The translations under genes were made by a program, and so were the position numbers. DNA of 64,000 nucleotides, from positions 3,720,001 to 3,784,000 of the forward strand of contig CM026547.1 in assembly GCA_014905635.1 (NCBI GenBank), read 5' to 3'. Shown one piece after another: positions 1 through 11,600 of the stretch. The stretch comes from Scenedesmus sp. PABB004 (lineage: Eukaryota). The notes beneath the pieces are model-generated. The model made no database searches. It saw only the letters and a program-made list of their open reading frames with translations, and was not told the origin of the DNA. How positions within the stretch are numbered: the first letter of the stretch is position 1; every line of letters starts with the position of its first letter.

Positions 1-41
1 GGGCGCGGAGCTCAGTTCACCGAGCCGAGCGACGCCGCCAT
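1..41 (-). CDS. Possible first exon (MAASLGS) of a gene running off the left edge
   Basis: ATG at 41-39, then GCG GCG TCG CTC GGC TCG and GTGAACTGAG, which resembles the GTGAGCTGAG donor in midasin near 19843. No homology can be judged. Confidence 0.3.
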
Positions 42-295
42 GTTCTCCTGGCCTAGCGGCTCCCACTGAGATGACGGGGCGCGATCGAGCTGCGGCCTGC
101 TGCCAGGACGAGCGGCGGCAGCGGCAGCGGCAGCAGCGGCGGCGCGCGGAGCGGGACCACGATCGCGGTTGCGGCAGTGGCCCCTCAAGCTCTCCCGGCG
201 ACCACCCCGTTCACTGGGCCACTGCGCGCCGCCGCAGCCCACCGCCGCTGCGCCCCGCCGCGCCCCGCCGCTGCGCCCTCGCGGCCGCCACATCG

Positions 296-582
296 TCACG
301 ACTCCAGGAGCTCGCGCAGCCCGGGGATCACCTCGCCCAGGGCCGCCTCGACGCCGGCGTCGCGCCAGCGCAGCGTCTTGATCGCCCAGACCACCTTTGC
401 CGCCGCCTCGGTGTCGGACTCGAGGCTGAGCGTGCGCGCCGGCAGCACCTGCGGCGGCGCGGCGGCCGCGGCGGCCCTCGGCGCCCCGCCGCCGCGGGCC
501 GGGCGTCGCGCTCGCGCCGCGCGCGCCCACCACCCACCTGCGCCACGGCGGCCAGCAGCGCGTCGTCGCGCAGGCCCAGGCT
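296..582 (-). pseudogene. Orphan two-exon 3' gene fragment encoding a helical-repeat-like peptide
   Basis: Exon LGLRDDALLAAVAQ, GTGGGT donor, intron, CAG acceptor, then exon VLPARTLSLESDTEAAAKVVWAIKTLRWRDAGVEAALGEVIPGLRELLES*. No ATG between it and the midasin stop. Confidence 0.4.
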
Positions 583-674
583 GCCCCCGCCGGTACCGCG
601 CTCGCACGGACCTCCAGCTCTGCGTTACCGCGGCGCGCCTCCCGCGCACGCGCACGCGCACGTGCGCCGCGCGC

Positions 675-3600
675 TCAGCTCGCCGCGGCGTTGAGCTCAA
701 ACCACTGCCGCAGCAGGTCGGCGAGCGTCGCCGGCAGGGCCGCGATGTCGCGCAGCACGATGTAGTAGGGGAAGGGGAAGGTGTCGAGGTAGCGCTCAAA
801 CACGGGCTTGCCGCCGACAAACTTGACGCTCTGCATGTCGAGCAGCGACGACGACCCGCCGCTGCCGCCGCGCGCGCGCCGCCGCCGCCGGCAGCGGCGG
901 CGGCCGGGCCAGAGGGGCCCCCGCCGCCGCCGCCGCCGCCGCCGGGCGCGCTGCCGCCGGGCGCGCTGCCGCTGGGCGCGGCGTCGAGGGCAATGAAGAC
1001 GGGGCACACGCCCTGCGCCTCCACGAGCCGCCGCACGCCGCCGAGCAGGGCCTCCTTCTCGTGGAAGCGGCCGTCGCCGAGGACGAGCAGCAGCTGCCGC
1101 AGCTCGCCGCCGCCGCCGGCGCCCGCGCCCGCCGACGCACGCGCGCGCGCGGCCTCCAGCATCGCCTGCGCCGCGTCGACGAGCTGCAGCATCGGGCGGT
1201 CGGTGATGGTGTTGTCCTGGTCGAAGCGCAGCGCGGCCATGATGCCCGCGCCCGCGGCGTCGCTGAACGGCGCGTCGAGCGGCAGCAGCGGCGACACGCC
1301 GCCGCCGCCGCCGTATGCGAGCACGCCGAGCTCGCCGACCTCGAGCCGGCTCATCGCCTTGCACAGCAGCGCGAGCGCCTCGAGCGCAAACACGCCCGCG
1401 CGCGTCTCGGCCATGCTGCGGCTGTCGTCGACCGCCAGCAGCACCTGGTAGCGCCGCTTGTCGGGCCGCGCGCGGCGCATCCAGATCTTGTCGCGCCTGA
1501 ACTGGCTCGCGATGTAGCCAATCACGCGCCGCATGTTGAGCCGCTTGCCGCTGCGGAACTCGCCGCCGAGGCGGCTCGCGAGGCTCGGCTCCAGCAGCAG
1601 GCGCAGCTGCTCGCTCAGCTCGCCGGCCAGGCCCGACACGAGCGCGTCGCAGCGCGCCCACATGTCGCGCCCGTACGACGCGGCGGCGCCGCCGTCGCCG
1701 CCGTCGCCGCCGGCGCCCGCCGCCGCCGCGGCGTCGCGCAGCCGCGCGTCGAGGTCGGCGCGCAGCGCCTCGGCCGCCTCTGCCGGCATCTCCCTCGCCA
1801 GCAGCGCCGCGGCGTCGCCCTCGAGCCCCGCCGCGTCGTCGTCGTCGGCCAGCTGCGTGGCCGCCAGCCGCGCCGCAACCAGGCTGGGCAGCTCGCCCGC
1901 GTCGGCGGCGGCCGCGCCGCCCGCCGCCGCCGCGCCCTGCTCCAGCAGCTGCTGCCGCTGCGCCGCCTCGGCAGACGCGGCGTCCTCGGCCGGCTCGCCG
2001 TCGGCGCCGCCGCCGGCGCCGGCCTCGCCGTCGCCCTGCGCCTCCTTGGGCTGCTGCTGCTGCTGCCCGGGGCGCTTCTGGCTGCCGCTCCACACCTTGG
2101 GCGGCGGGCCTGCGGCCAGCTGCTCCTCCGCGGCGGCGTCGGCCTCCGGCGCTGCGTCGGCGTCCATGGGCGCGGCGCCCGCGCCGTCGTCGCCCGCCTC
2201 GTCGCCGCCCTGCTGCTGCTGCTCGCCCCCGTCGTCGGCGCCCTGGTCCGCCAGGGCCGCCGCCTCCTGGCCCTGCTGCGCCGCCTGCTCCTCCGTCGCG
2301 GGCGCGAGCGCCTGCGTCGTTCCCTCCAGATCCCGCTCCTGCGCGCCCACAAACTGGTACTCGTCCGCCGCCGCCGGCGGCTGCTCCGGCGCCGCGGCGC
2401 CGTCATCCTCGGCGCCGGCGGCGGCGCCGTCGTCGCCCTCGGGCTGCTGCGCCGCCTCGTGCTGCACCGCCAGGTCGGCGCGCCAGCGCTCCAGCGCGTC
2501 GCCCAGGCTCCGGAAGGGGTTGACGTCGGGCTGCTGCTGGCTGCGCTGCCGGCGCTGCTGCGCGCCGCCGTCCTGCTGCTGCTGCTGCTGCGGCCCGCCC
2601 TGCTGCGCCAGCGGCGCCACCTGGCCCTGCTCGGTCGCGCCCGCCGCGCCCAGCTGCGCCTGCTGCGCCTGCTGCGCCGCGTCCTGCGGCGGCTGCTCCT
2701 CCCAGTCCATCGCCTGCGCGTCGGCGCCGCGCGGCTCCTCCTGCTCCTGCTCGCCCTGCGGCTGCTGCGCGTCGGCGGCGCCCTGCGCCTGCGCCTGGGG
2801 CGCGGCGGCGGACGACGCGACGCCCTGGGGCCCCGCCTGCGGGATCTCCTCGGGCGGCTGCTCCGTCTGCTCGCCCGCGCCGTGCGCCGCCGCCGGCTCC
2901 AGCTCCTCCTCCGGCGCCGCCTCGTCGGGCGGCGGCTGCTCCTCCGGCTGCTGCGCCGCGCGCCTGCTGCCGTCGGCGTCGGCGCCGTCGTCGGGCTGCG
3001 CCTCGGGCTCCTGCTGCTGCTGCGGCGCGGCGGGCTCGCCCGGCGCGCCGTCGTCGCCGTCGCCGCCCTCCGGCTGCTCCGGCTCGCCGCCAGCGCGCTC
3101 AGGCTGCTGCTCTTCGCCGCCGCCGCCGGCGTCGTCCGCGCCGCCGGCCTCCTCCTGCTCCTCTCCCTGCGCACCGCCGTCGGCCGCCGCGTCTGGCTGC
3201 TGCGGCTGCTGTTGCTGCTGCTGCTGCTGCTCCGCGGCGTCCGGCGGGCCCTCCTGCGGGGGCTCGGCGCCGGGTGGCTCGTCCTCGTCCATCGTGTCCA
3301 GCGCCAGCTCCTCCGGCAGCTCCAGCTCCGCCTCGGCCGCCTGCGGCGCGAGCTGCTGCTGCTGCTGGTACTGGTCGTCAAAGTCGGGCGCCGGCGCCGC
3401 GCCCGGGTCCTCGCCCTCCGCGCCCGCCTGCTCCTCCTCGTCGTCCGAGCCGCCCCCCGGCGGCTGCCCGGCGTCGGGCCCCTTGCGCTGCTGCTCCTGC
3501 TGCGGCTGCGTCTTGGGGTCCTGCGGCTGGTCGTCGTCGCCGCCGCCGGCGGCGTAGTCGAGCTGCGACGCGTCCTCCACGCTGAGCTGCTGCTGGCGGT

Positions 3601-6600
3601 CGACGTCATCGCCGCCCTTCTGCTGCTGCTGCGGCTCCGCCCCCTCCTCCTCGTCCTCGTCGCCCCACAGGCGCTCGTCGACGCGCTCCTCCTTCTCTCC
3701 CACCTGGGAGAGCGGCGGGGGCGCGAGCGCCGCGGGCAGCGCGCGAAGCGCGTGAGCGGGCGGCAGCGGCGGGCGCCCAGCAGGGCAGGCTGACAGCCGA
3801 GGCAGGTCACTCCACACGCGCCCACGCCCACGCGCACGCGCGCCGCACCTCGCCCATCTGCTGGTCGATGCGGTCGTCGTCGCCGTCCTCGCTCTCGCCG
3901 CTCTCGTCGGGGCCCTGCTGGCGCCGGTCGTCGGCGTCGTGCAGCTCGCCGTCAAAGTCGCCGTCCATCTCCACGCCCGCCGCGCGGTCGTCCTGCTCCT
4001 GCGGCCCCGCCTCGGGCGGCGGCGGCGGCGGCGCGTCGCGCTGCTGCGCGCCGAGCAGCTGGTCCTCGTCGTGGATCTGGTCAGACACGTCCTTCTTGCC
4101 CGTGCCCTCGCCCATGCCCGTGCCGCCGGCGTCCTGCCAGCGCAGCTCGCCGTCGCCGTCGCCCTCCTGCGCCTCGCCCTCGCCGCCGTCGGGCATGCAG
4201 TAGCCCTCGGTGATCAGGCTGCAGGCGATGCTGCCGCTCACGTACGCGAGCTTGGCGCCCGACTTGTGCAGCAGCAGCAGCGCCGACGCGCGCCGCTGCG
4301 CGCCGCCCGCGAGCAGCGCGAGCAGCGGCAGCGCCGCGCCCGCCTGGCGCGCGAGCGCGGCGGCGCCCGCCGGCGGCAGCGCCTGCCCCGGGCGCCGCCG
4401 CCGCCGGCGGCGCGCGCCAGCAGCCCGAGCATCGTGCGCGTCGACTCCGCCACCGCCGCGAGGCGGGCGGGCTTGAGCGCGTCCGCGGCCTCGCACGTCC
4501 AGGCGGCCGCGCCGGCTGGCGGCGCCGCCGCCGCCCCGGGCGCCGTGGCGTCGGCCGCGGCGGTCGCCGCGCCGGCGCGCAGCGCCTGCGCTGCGAGCAG
4601 CACCTCTGACACCAGCTGCTCGAAGCAAGCTGAGAACTCGCGCTCCAGCGCGCCGTCGCCGGGCCGGCCGCCGCCGCGGCCGCGGCCGCGGCCGCCTGCT
4701 GCGCCTCGAAGCGCTCCGCCTGCCGTGCGGCCGCCTCCAGCGCGGCCAGCGCGCCGTCCCAGGCGGGCACGATGCCAGCGACGGCGGCGCGGCCCCGGCG
4801 GCGCCGGGCTCGGCCTCGCCGTCGGAGAGCGCCCCCGCGTCGCGCGCGGCGGCGGCCATCGCCGCGGTCGCGGCGCCGGCGTCGGCGGCGAGGTCGCGCA
4901 GCGCAGCGTACGCGGCGCCCACCGCCGCGACCGCGCCGCGCGTGACCACGGGGCAGCCGCCCAGGCGCACGCGCGCCCAGTGCGCCTCCACGGCGCCCCG
5001 GTGCGCCTCCACCGTCGCCACGTAGCTGCCGAGTTTGGCGGCGGCGGAGCTCGCGGCGCGAAGCACATGCGGCGGCGCGGCGCTGCCCTGCTGCATGGGC
5101 AGCACCGCCGCCACGAGCTGCCGCGCACCGCCGAGGTCGTACGCGAGGCTGCAGAGCAGGCGCTGCGCGCCGCACAGCGCGGCGTCGGCCGCCGCCTGCG
5201 GCGGCAGCGGGCCGTCGCCGTCCCCGGCGCCGGCGCCGGTCACCTCTGCCAGCCAGCCGGCCGCCTGGACGAGGCCCGCAAACGCGGCGCTGAGCTGGCC
5301 CAGCAGCGCGCGCTGCGCGCGCAGCAGGTAAAGCTGGTGCTGCGCAAAGCCCACGACCGCGAGCGCCTCGTGGCGCGCGAGGTCGTGGTGCGGCGCCTTG
5401 GCGCCCGCCTCGAGGCGCTGCACGCGCGCGAGCGCGCGGTAGTAGTAGGCGTCCGCCCGCGCCCAGCACGCGCCCGCGAGCGCCAGCAGGCGCGGCTCGA
5501 CCGCGCCGGGCGCGCCGGGCGCGGCGGCGAGGCCGCCGAGCCCGCGCAGCAGCGGCGCGCCGGCGAGGCAGGGCTGCTCCGCGGCAAACCAGGCCGCCGC
5601 GTCGCGGTCGGCCGCCGGCACGGCGCTCGCGCGCTTCGAAAACCCCGCGTCGGCGAGCGCGTGCAGGAGGTCCGTCAGGGCCTTCTTCTTGCGCAGCCGC
5701 GCGCCCTTGCTGCCGTCGCCGGCGAGCGCGAGCGCGCGCGACGCCGCGGTCGCCGCGAGGTCGTCAAGCAGCAGCGGCGGCGCCGCCGCCTCGACGGGCG
5801 CCTGCGGCGGCTCGCCCTCCACGGCCGCGCGGTCGGCGTCGTCCGCCGCTGGCGCCGGCGCCGGCGGCGGCGCCAGCACGCGCGTCATCTTGGCGGCCAG
5901 CTGCGGCAGGCGCGCCGCGTAGCTGCTGCCGCTGGCCTCGCCGCCGGCCGCGCCGGGCGCACCCTGCAGCACGGCGGCCGCGAAGCTCGCCCACGCCGGC
6001 TGCTCCAGGGGCAGCAGCACCTCCAGCGCGTCCGCAAGCGGCGCCGCCGCCAGGTCCGCGGCGGCGGCCGCCGCTGCCGCCTTGCGGCTGGCGCGCCGCG
6101 CCGCCTTGCTGGCCGGCGCCTTGCCGGCCACCGGCGCGGCGCCGTCGCCGTCGCCGGGCTGCTGCGGCTGCCAGCCCGCGGCCGCGAGCGCGGCGGCGGC
6201 AAAGCTGTCCAGGCTGCTGGTGACGTCGCCGGGCGCGGCGCCGCCCTGGAGCTCGTCGGGGTCCAGCTCGGCCAGCAGCGCGGGGTCGACCTCGGCCGCG
6301 GCGGCCGCGGCGGCCGTGATCGCGGCGGCGCCGCCCGCCGCGGCCGCGGCCTGCCCCGCTGGCGGCTCCGGCTGCTCCGGCGGCGGCGCCGCCGCCGCGC
6401 CGGCCGCCGCCTCGGCCGCCGCCGTCTTGGCCGCGCGCCGCGCGGCGAGCTTGCCGGCGGCCGCCGCGGCCGCCGCGGCGGCGCGCGGCGCGCGCACCTG
6501 GCCCAGCCCCATCGCGAGGCTCGCCTGCGCGAGCACGCCCGCGGCGGGCTGCTTGAGGCAGGCCTCGGCGCGGCGCGAGAGGCGGTGCAGCTGGCGCTGC

Positions 6601-8641
6601 GCCTTCTCGGTGGAGACCTTCATCGCATAGTAGCCCCGGTCCTCCCACTTGGCGAGCTTCACAAAGTCGGCAAGCTCCTTGGACAGCGGCCCCAGGCCCG
6701 CGTCGAGCGCGGCGGCGATCGCGGGCCCAAACTGGCCGTAGTAGGAGAGCACGCTCCACAGCAGCGCCGCGAGGCGCGGCCGGCCGGGGCCGGGCGCGCC
6801 GGCGGCGGCGCACCCCGGCGCGGCGGTGAGCTGGCACGCAAAGCTGTGCAGCAGCGTCAGGCGCGCCCCAAACTCGCCGATCGTCGAGGTCTGCACAAAC
6901 GCCTCGACCAGCGACGCGACGCGCCGGTAGGCGTCGCCGCCGGCGGCGTCGGCGCCGCCGTCCTCCGCCGCGCAGGGCTGCTGCGGCGCGGCGGGCTCGC
7001 CGGCGGCGTCGCCGCCGTCGTCGCCGCCGCCGAGGAGCAGGAGGCGATAGAGGTGGTACCAGCTGCGGCTTGCGCCGGCCGCGTGGCGCGCCTGCACGCG
7101 CGCGAGCAGGCCCTTCCAGCTGGCGAGCTCGAGCTTGCGCCAGCGCGTCGCGAGGCCCGCCACCGCCGCCAGCTGCGCCTTGAGGCTGACGTGGCGCGCC
7201 GCGGTCTCCTCCCACACCTGGGCGCGCGCGAGCAGCAGCTCCAGGCCGGTGAGCGCCTGCTTGAGCGGCACGCCGAGCGGCAGGGCCAGCAGGCGCTCAG
7301 TGATGGCCAGCAGCTGCTGCAGCAGCGGGTGCTCCGGCCACTCCTCCAGCAGCGCGGTCAGGCGCTGCGCCATCGCCGCGACGGGGGCCTGCATCAGCGA
7401 CGTCTCCTCCACCAGGGGCTGCTGCATGTCCAGCTGCGCCTCGCCCGCGCCGCCGGCGCCGGCCGCCACGGCCGCCGCGGCCGCGCTGGCCGCCGCCGCG
7501 GAGTTGAGCGCGCGGTGCTGCAGCGCGAGCGCCATGGCGCACCCCGGCGCGGCGGCGGCGTCCAGCGCCGCCGGCAGCAGGCCGTGCTGCGCAGCGACGA
7601 GCTGCTGCCCGAGGTTGAAGCACAGCGCAAACGCCCGCTCGCGCGCGCCGTCGCCGCCGGCCGCATCGCCGCCGGCGCCGCCGGCGCCGCCCGCGGCGCC
7701 GTCGGCGCGGGGCGGCGCGAGCTGCTGGCGCACGCGGCGCGCCGCGAGCGCGACAAAGAGCTGGCGGTGCAGCGCGACGACGTCGGCGAGCAGCTGGCCG
7801 GTCATGACCGACTTGGCCGCCGCGGAGCGCGCCTGCGCGGCGCTCGCCGCGGCCGCGGCGTCGCCGGGCGGCGGCGCGTCGCAGTCCATCGCGTCACCCG
7901 GCGCGGCCGGCGGCGGCGCGCTCGCCGCGAGGTGCGCGTCGGGGTCGGCCTGCCCCGGCTCGCCGTCGTCGGCGAGGTCTGCAAAGGCGGCAAAGTGGTC
8001 TGGGAAGCTGGCCTTGTACTCGGCCTCCGCCTCCTCCTGCGCGCAGACGGCGCGGCGCGGGCGGCCGAGCGCGGGCGGTCGGGCGCGGGTGGTCAAGCGC
8101 GGGCGGTCGGGCGCGGGTGGTCAAGCGCGGGCGGTCGAGCGCGGGCGGCCGAGCGCGGGCGGGCGGCGCGCGCGAGCTGGCGGGCGGCGCGCGTGAGCTG
8201 GCGGGCGGCGCACCTCCTCGGTGAGGAAGGTGCTGCTGTGGGTCTTGGTCTTGAAGAGCGCCGCCGCCTCGGCCGCGGCGGCCGCCTCGTACGCGCACAC
8301 GGACTGCCACACGCCCAGCAGCTGGGCCATGAGCGACTCCACCGCCGCCAGCGCGGCGGCCGCCGCGGCGGTCAGGCCGTCGGCGGCGGGCGCCGCGCCG
8401 GCGCCGCCGTGCGCGCCGGCCGCGGCCGCGGCCGCACCGGCGGGGCCGCACGCGAGCAGCTCCTGCACCGCCACCAGCAGCGCCGCGTGCACGGCGCGCA
8501 GCTGCCAGCCAAACTCTGCGAGCTGGTCGGCCGCCGCGGCCGCGGCGCCCGGCTGTGCCGCCTGCTGCGCGGAGCGCACGGCCGCGTATGTGGCTCGCTG
8601 CCACTGCGGCTGCGACAGCAGGCTGGCCGGCGCCAGCGCCA

Positions 8642-8689
<48 letters not shown>

Positions 8690-11600
8690 GCGTGGCCAGC
8701 GGCGGTGGGAACGCGAGCAGCCCCGCGGTGAGCGCGAGCAGCTGGCTGCCGCCGCCAGCGGCGGCGGCGGCGGCTGCCTGGCTGCCGCCCGCGAGCAGCG
8801 CGAGCCCGTGCCGCACCTCCAGCACCGCCAGGCCGACGGGCTGCAGCACGTCGACATAGCCGGGGAATGCAGCGGCCGCGCGGTCCGACCACGCCGCCGC
8901 GCTGCCGCCCCACATCTCTGCCTCGTGCACCGCCGCGGCCGCCGCGGCGGCGCCACCGCCGGCGGCGGCGCAGCCCTCGAGCAGCGCGCGCCCGAGCGCG
9001 AGCAGGCGCTGCGGGTCGGCGAGGCCGCGCGCAAACGCGGCGACCTCGGCCTGCACGTGGAGGTACGCTGGCGGCTGTGGGCGCGGCACGCAGCGGCTCG
9101 CGAGCTCGCGCAGCCGCGCGACGAGCGCGGCGCGCTGCGCGTGCAGCGCCGCGAGCAGCGGCGCCTCGTCGGGCCCGCCCGGCAGCTGCTGCAGCAGCGC
9201 GTACGCCTGGATGGTCGGGTCGAGCGCCTCGCCCGCCCAGCGCGTCAGCGCCGCGGCCTTGAGCCCAAACCGCCCCGCCGGGTCGACGCCCGGCGGCGGC
9301 GCCACGAGCTGCAGCCGCGCACAGCCGAGCAGCAGCCAGGCCCAGCCCTGCGCGCCGAGCGTCGCAAACCAGGGGTGCTCCGCCGCGCCGCCGCCGCCGG
9401 CGCCGCGCAGCAGGATGGCCTGCGCGCACGGCGCCAGCAGCGGCTGCGCCAGCGCGGTGAGCGTGGCGTGGCCGCTGCGCTGGAGCACGCCCGCCAGCTG
9501 CTCCAGCCAGGCCGCCGCGTCGGCGGGCGGTGTGGGGTCGGCGCCGCCGCTCCACGCCAGCAGCTGCCGCACCAGCGCCGCCAGCGCCGCCGCGTCGGCG
9601 GCGCAAGCGCACGCGCTGGCGTGCGCGGCGAGCAGCTGGCCGAGCAGCAGGCCCAGCGTCGCCCAGGCCGCGCGCGGCGCGCCGCCGCCCGCCGCCGCCT
9701 GCAGGTGCTGCACCGCCAGCGCGAGCTGCTGCAGGCGCGCCGCCTTGCTCGTGCCGTCGCTCGCGCCGGCGGCGCAGATGTGCAGCGCCGCGGCGGTGCG
9801 GGCCGCGAGGTGCAGGCACAGCGGGCTGCCCGCGACGCGGGCGGTCGGGATGGTGAGCCCCCGCAGCAGGCCGAAGCCGCCCGCGCCGTCGCCGCCGCCC
9901 TGCTCCGCGCCGCCGGCGGCTGCGCCGCCGGCCCACAGCCCGCGCTGCCAGCTGTGCCACGCGTCGTGCAGCAGCCCCGGCAGCGCCTGGTCGAGCAGCT
10001 GCGCCGCCGGCAGGCGCTGCGCCTTGTCCTGCATGCTGGCGAGCAGCCACGCGAGCTGCTGCAGCGGCGCGAGCGCGGCCGCGCCACGGGCGGCGGCGGC
10101 GGCGGGGCCGGGGCGCCCAGGTAGCGCACGAGCCGGCCCGCGACCGCGCCCAGTGCGCCGCGCTGTGCCGGCGCGAGGCGCAGCGCCGAGCCCGGCGCCG
10201 CCTCGCCGGCCGCCGCATCGAGCAGCCACTGCAGCGCCGCTGCCACCAGCCCGCGCTCCTCAGCCACGCCGGCGACGTGCACGAGCTGCTGCAGGTCCAC
10301 CTGCAGCGCCCGCGCCGCGCACGACACCATCGCCCGCGCCGGCAGCAGCGCGAGGCCGCCGCCGCCGCCACCGCTGCCGGCCCTCTGCTGCGCAGCGGCG
10401 GCCCTGAGCGCGGCCGCCACCGCCGCCGCGCCGGCGGCCTCCTGCTGCTGCGGCTGCGGCGCGGCCAGCAGCTGCGTCAGCACCGGCAGCAGCAGGCCGG
10501 CCGCCTGTTGCAGCAGGGCGTCCGGCACGCCCAGCAGCGCGGCGCTCCCGCCCGCGGCGTCGCCGCCGGGCGCCGCCGCCGCGCGCCCCGGCTGCTCCTG
10601 CTGCGCCTCCTGCTGCTGCAGCAGGCGCATGTGGGGCAAAAAGCCGAGCATCGCCTGGCCCTGGCACACGCTGCGCCGAAAGCTCGCGTCGCAGGCCAGC
10701 ACCGCCGCGGCAGCCGCCGCCAGGCGGTCGCGCAGCTCCGCGCTGCCGCCGGGCGCGCCGTCGAGCCCCTCCAGGCCCTCCAGCGCCGCCAGCGCGTCGC
10801 TGGCCGCCTGCCGCGCCGCCTGCGCCTCTGCGTCGTTGTCGCCCCCGCCGCCCGCGTCGGGGCGCTGCAGCTGCAGCGCCTCGTGCTGCTCGCGCGCAGC
10901 CGCCACCGCCTGCTGCAGCAGGCCCTGCCAGTCCAGGCCCGCGGCGACGAGCGCGGCGGGCTCGCCGCGCCCGCTGACCGCAAAGCCGGCGCCGCCGGCC
11001 GTTGCCAGCGCGCCCGCCAGCGCCGCGGTGCGCTGCTGCGCCGCAAGCAGCGCCGCGCTCGGCGGCAGCTGCGGGTGCCCGGCGTGCTGCCACGCGAGCG
11101 GCTTGGGGCAGTCAGCGTCCAGGTGCAGAGCGGCGGCCATCTGCTGCGCCAGGAAGCGCCAGCGCGCGGCGCCCTCGCCGCTCGCGAGGCCCGGCTCCGC
11201 GGCCAGCAGCTGGGCCGCGGCCTTGGCCAGCTGCGACCACGCCCAGCCGAGGCGCTCCGGCTGCAGCTCAGCCACCACGGCGCTCGCGATGCCGCCGCCG
11301 AGGCGGACGTGCGCGTGCAGCGGGCCGTGGCAGGCGTCCCACACCTCTGCGCGCGCGAGCTGCAGCCGCCGCACCGCGTCGGCGAGCCGCGCACACGGCT
11401 GCGCTGCCGCACCGCCCCCCGGCGCCGCCGCGGCGAGCGCGCTCCGCAGCGCGGCGGCCTCGAACTCGGCCACCGCCGAAATGCACGGGTGCAGCCCGTC
11501 GACTGCCGGATGCGACGCCTCCGCCCGCGCCCGCTCGGCAGGGCTGGCCGCCCGCCAAGCGCTCTCCTGGTACGGCGTGGCCGCGCCCGCGGCCGCCGCG

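Noticed and set aside
8050..8210. Short tandem repeats as a CRISPR-like array (also 26941-26995, 52430-52480, 53641-53697)
   Set aside because: Head-to-tail intronic repeats without unique spacers, in a eukaryotic context with no cas genes.
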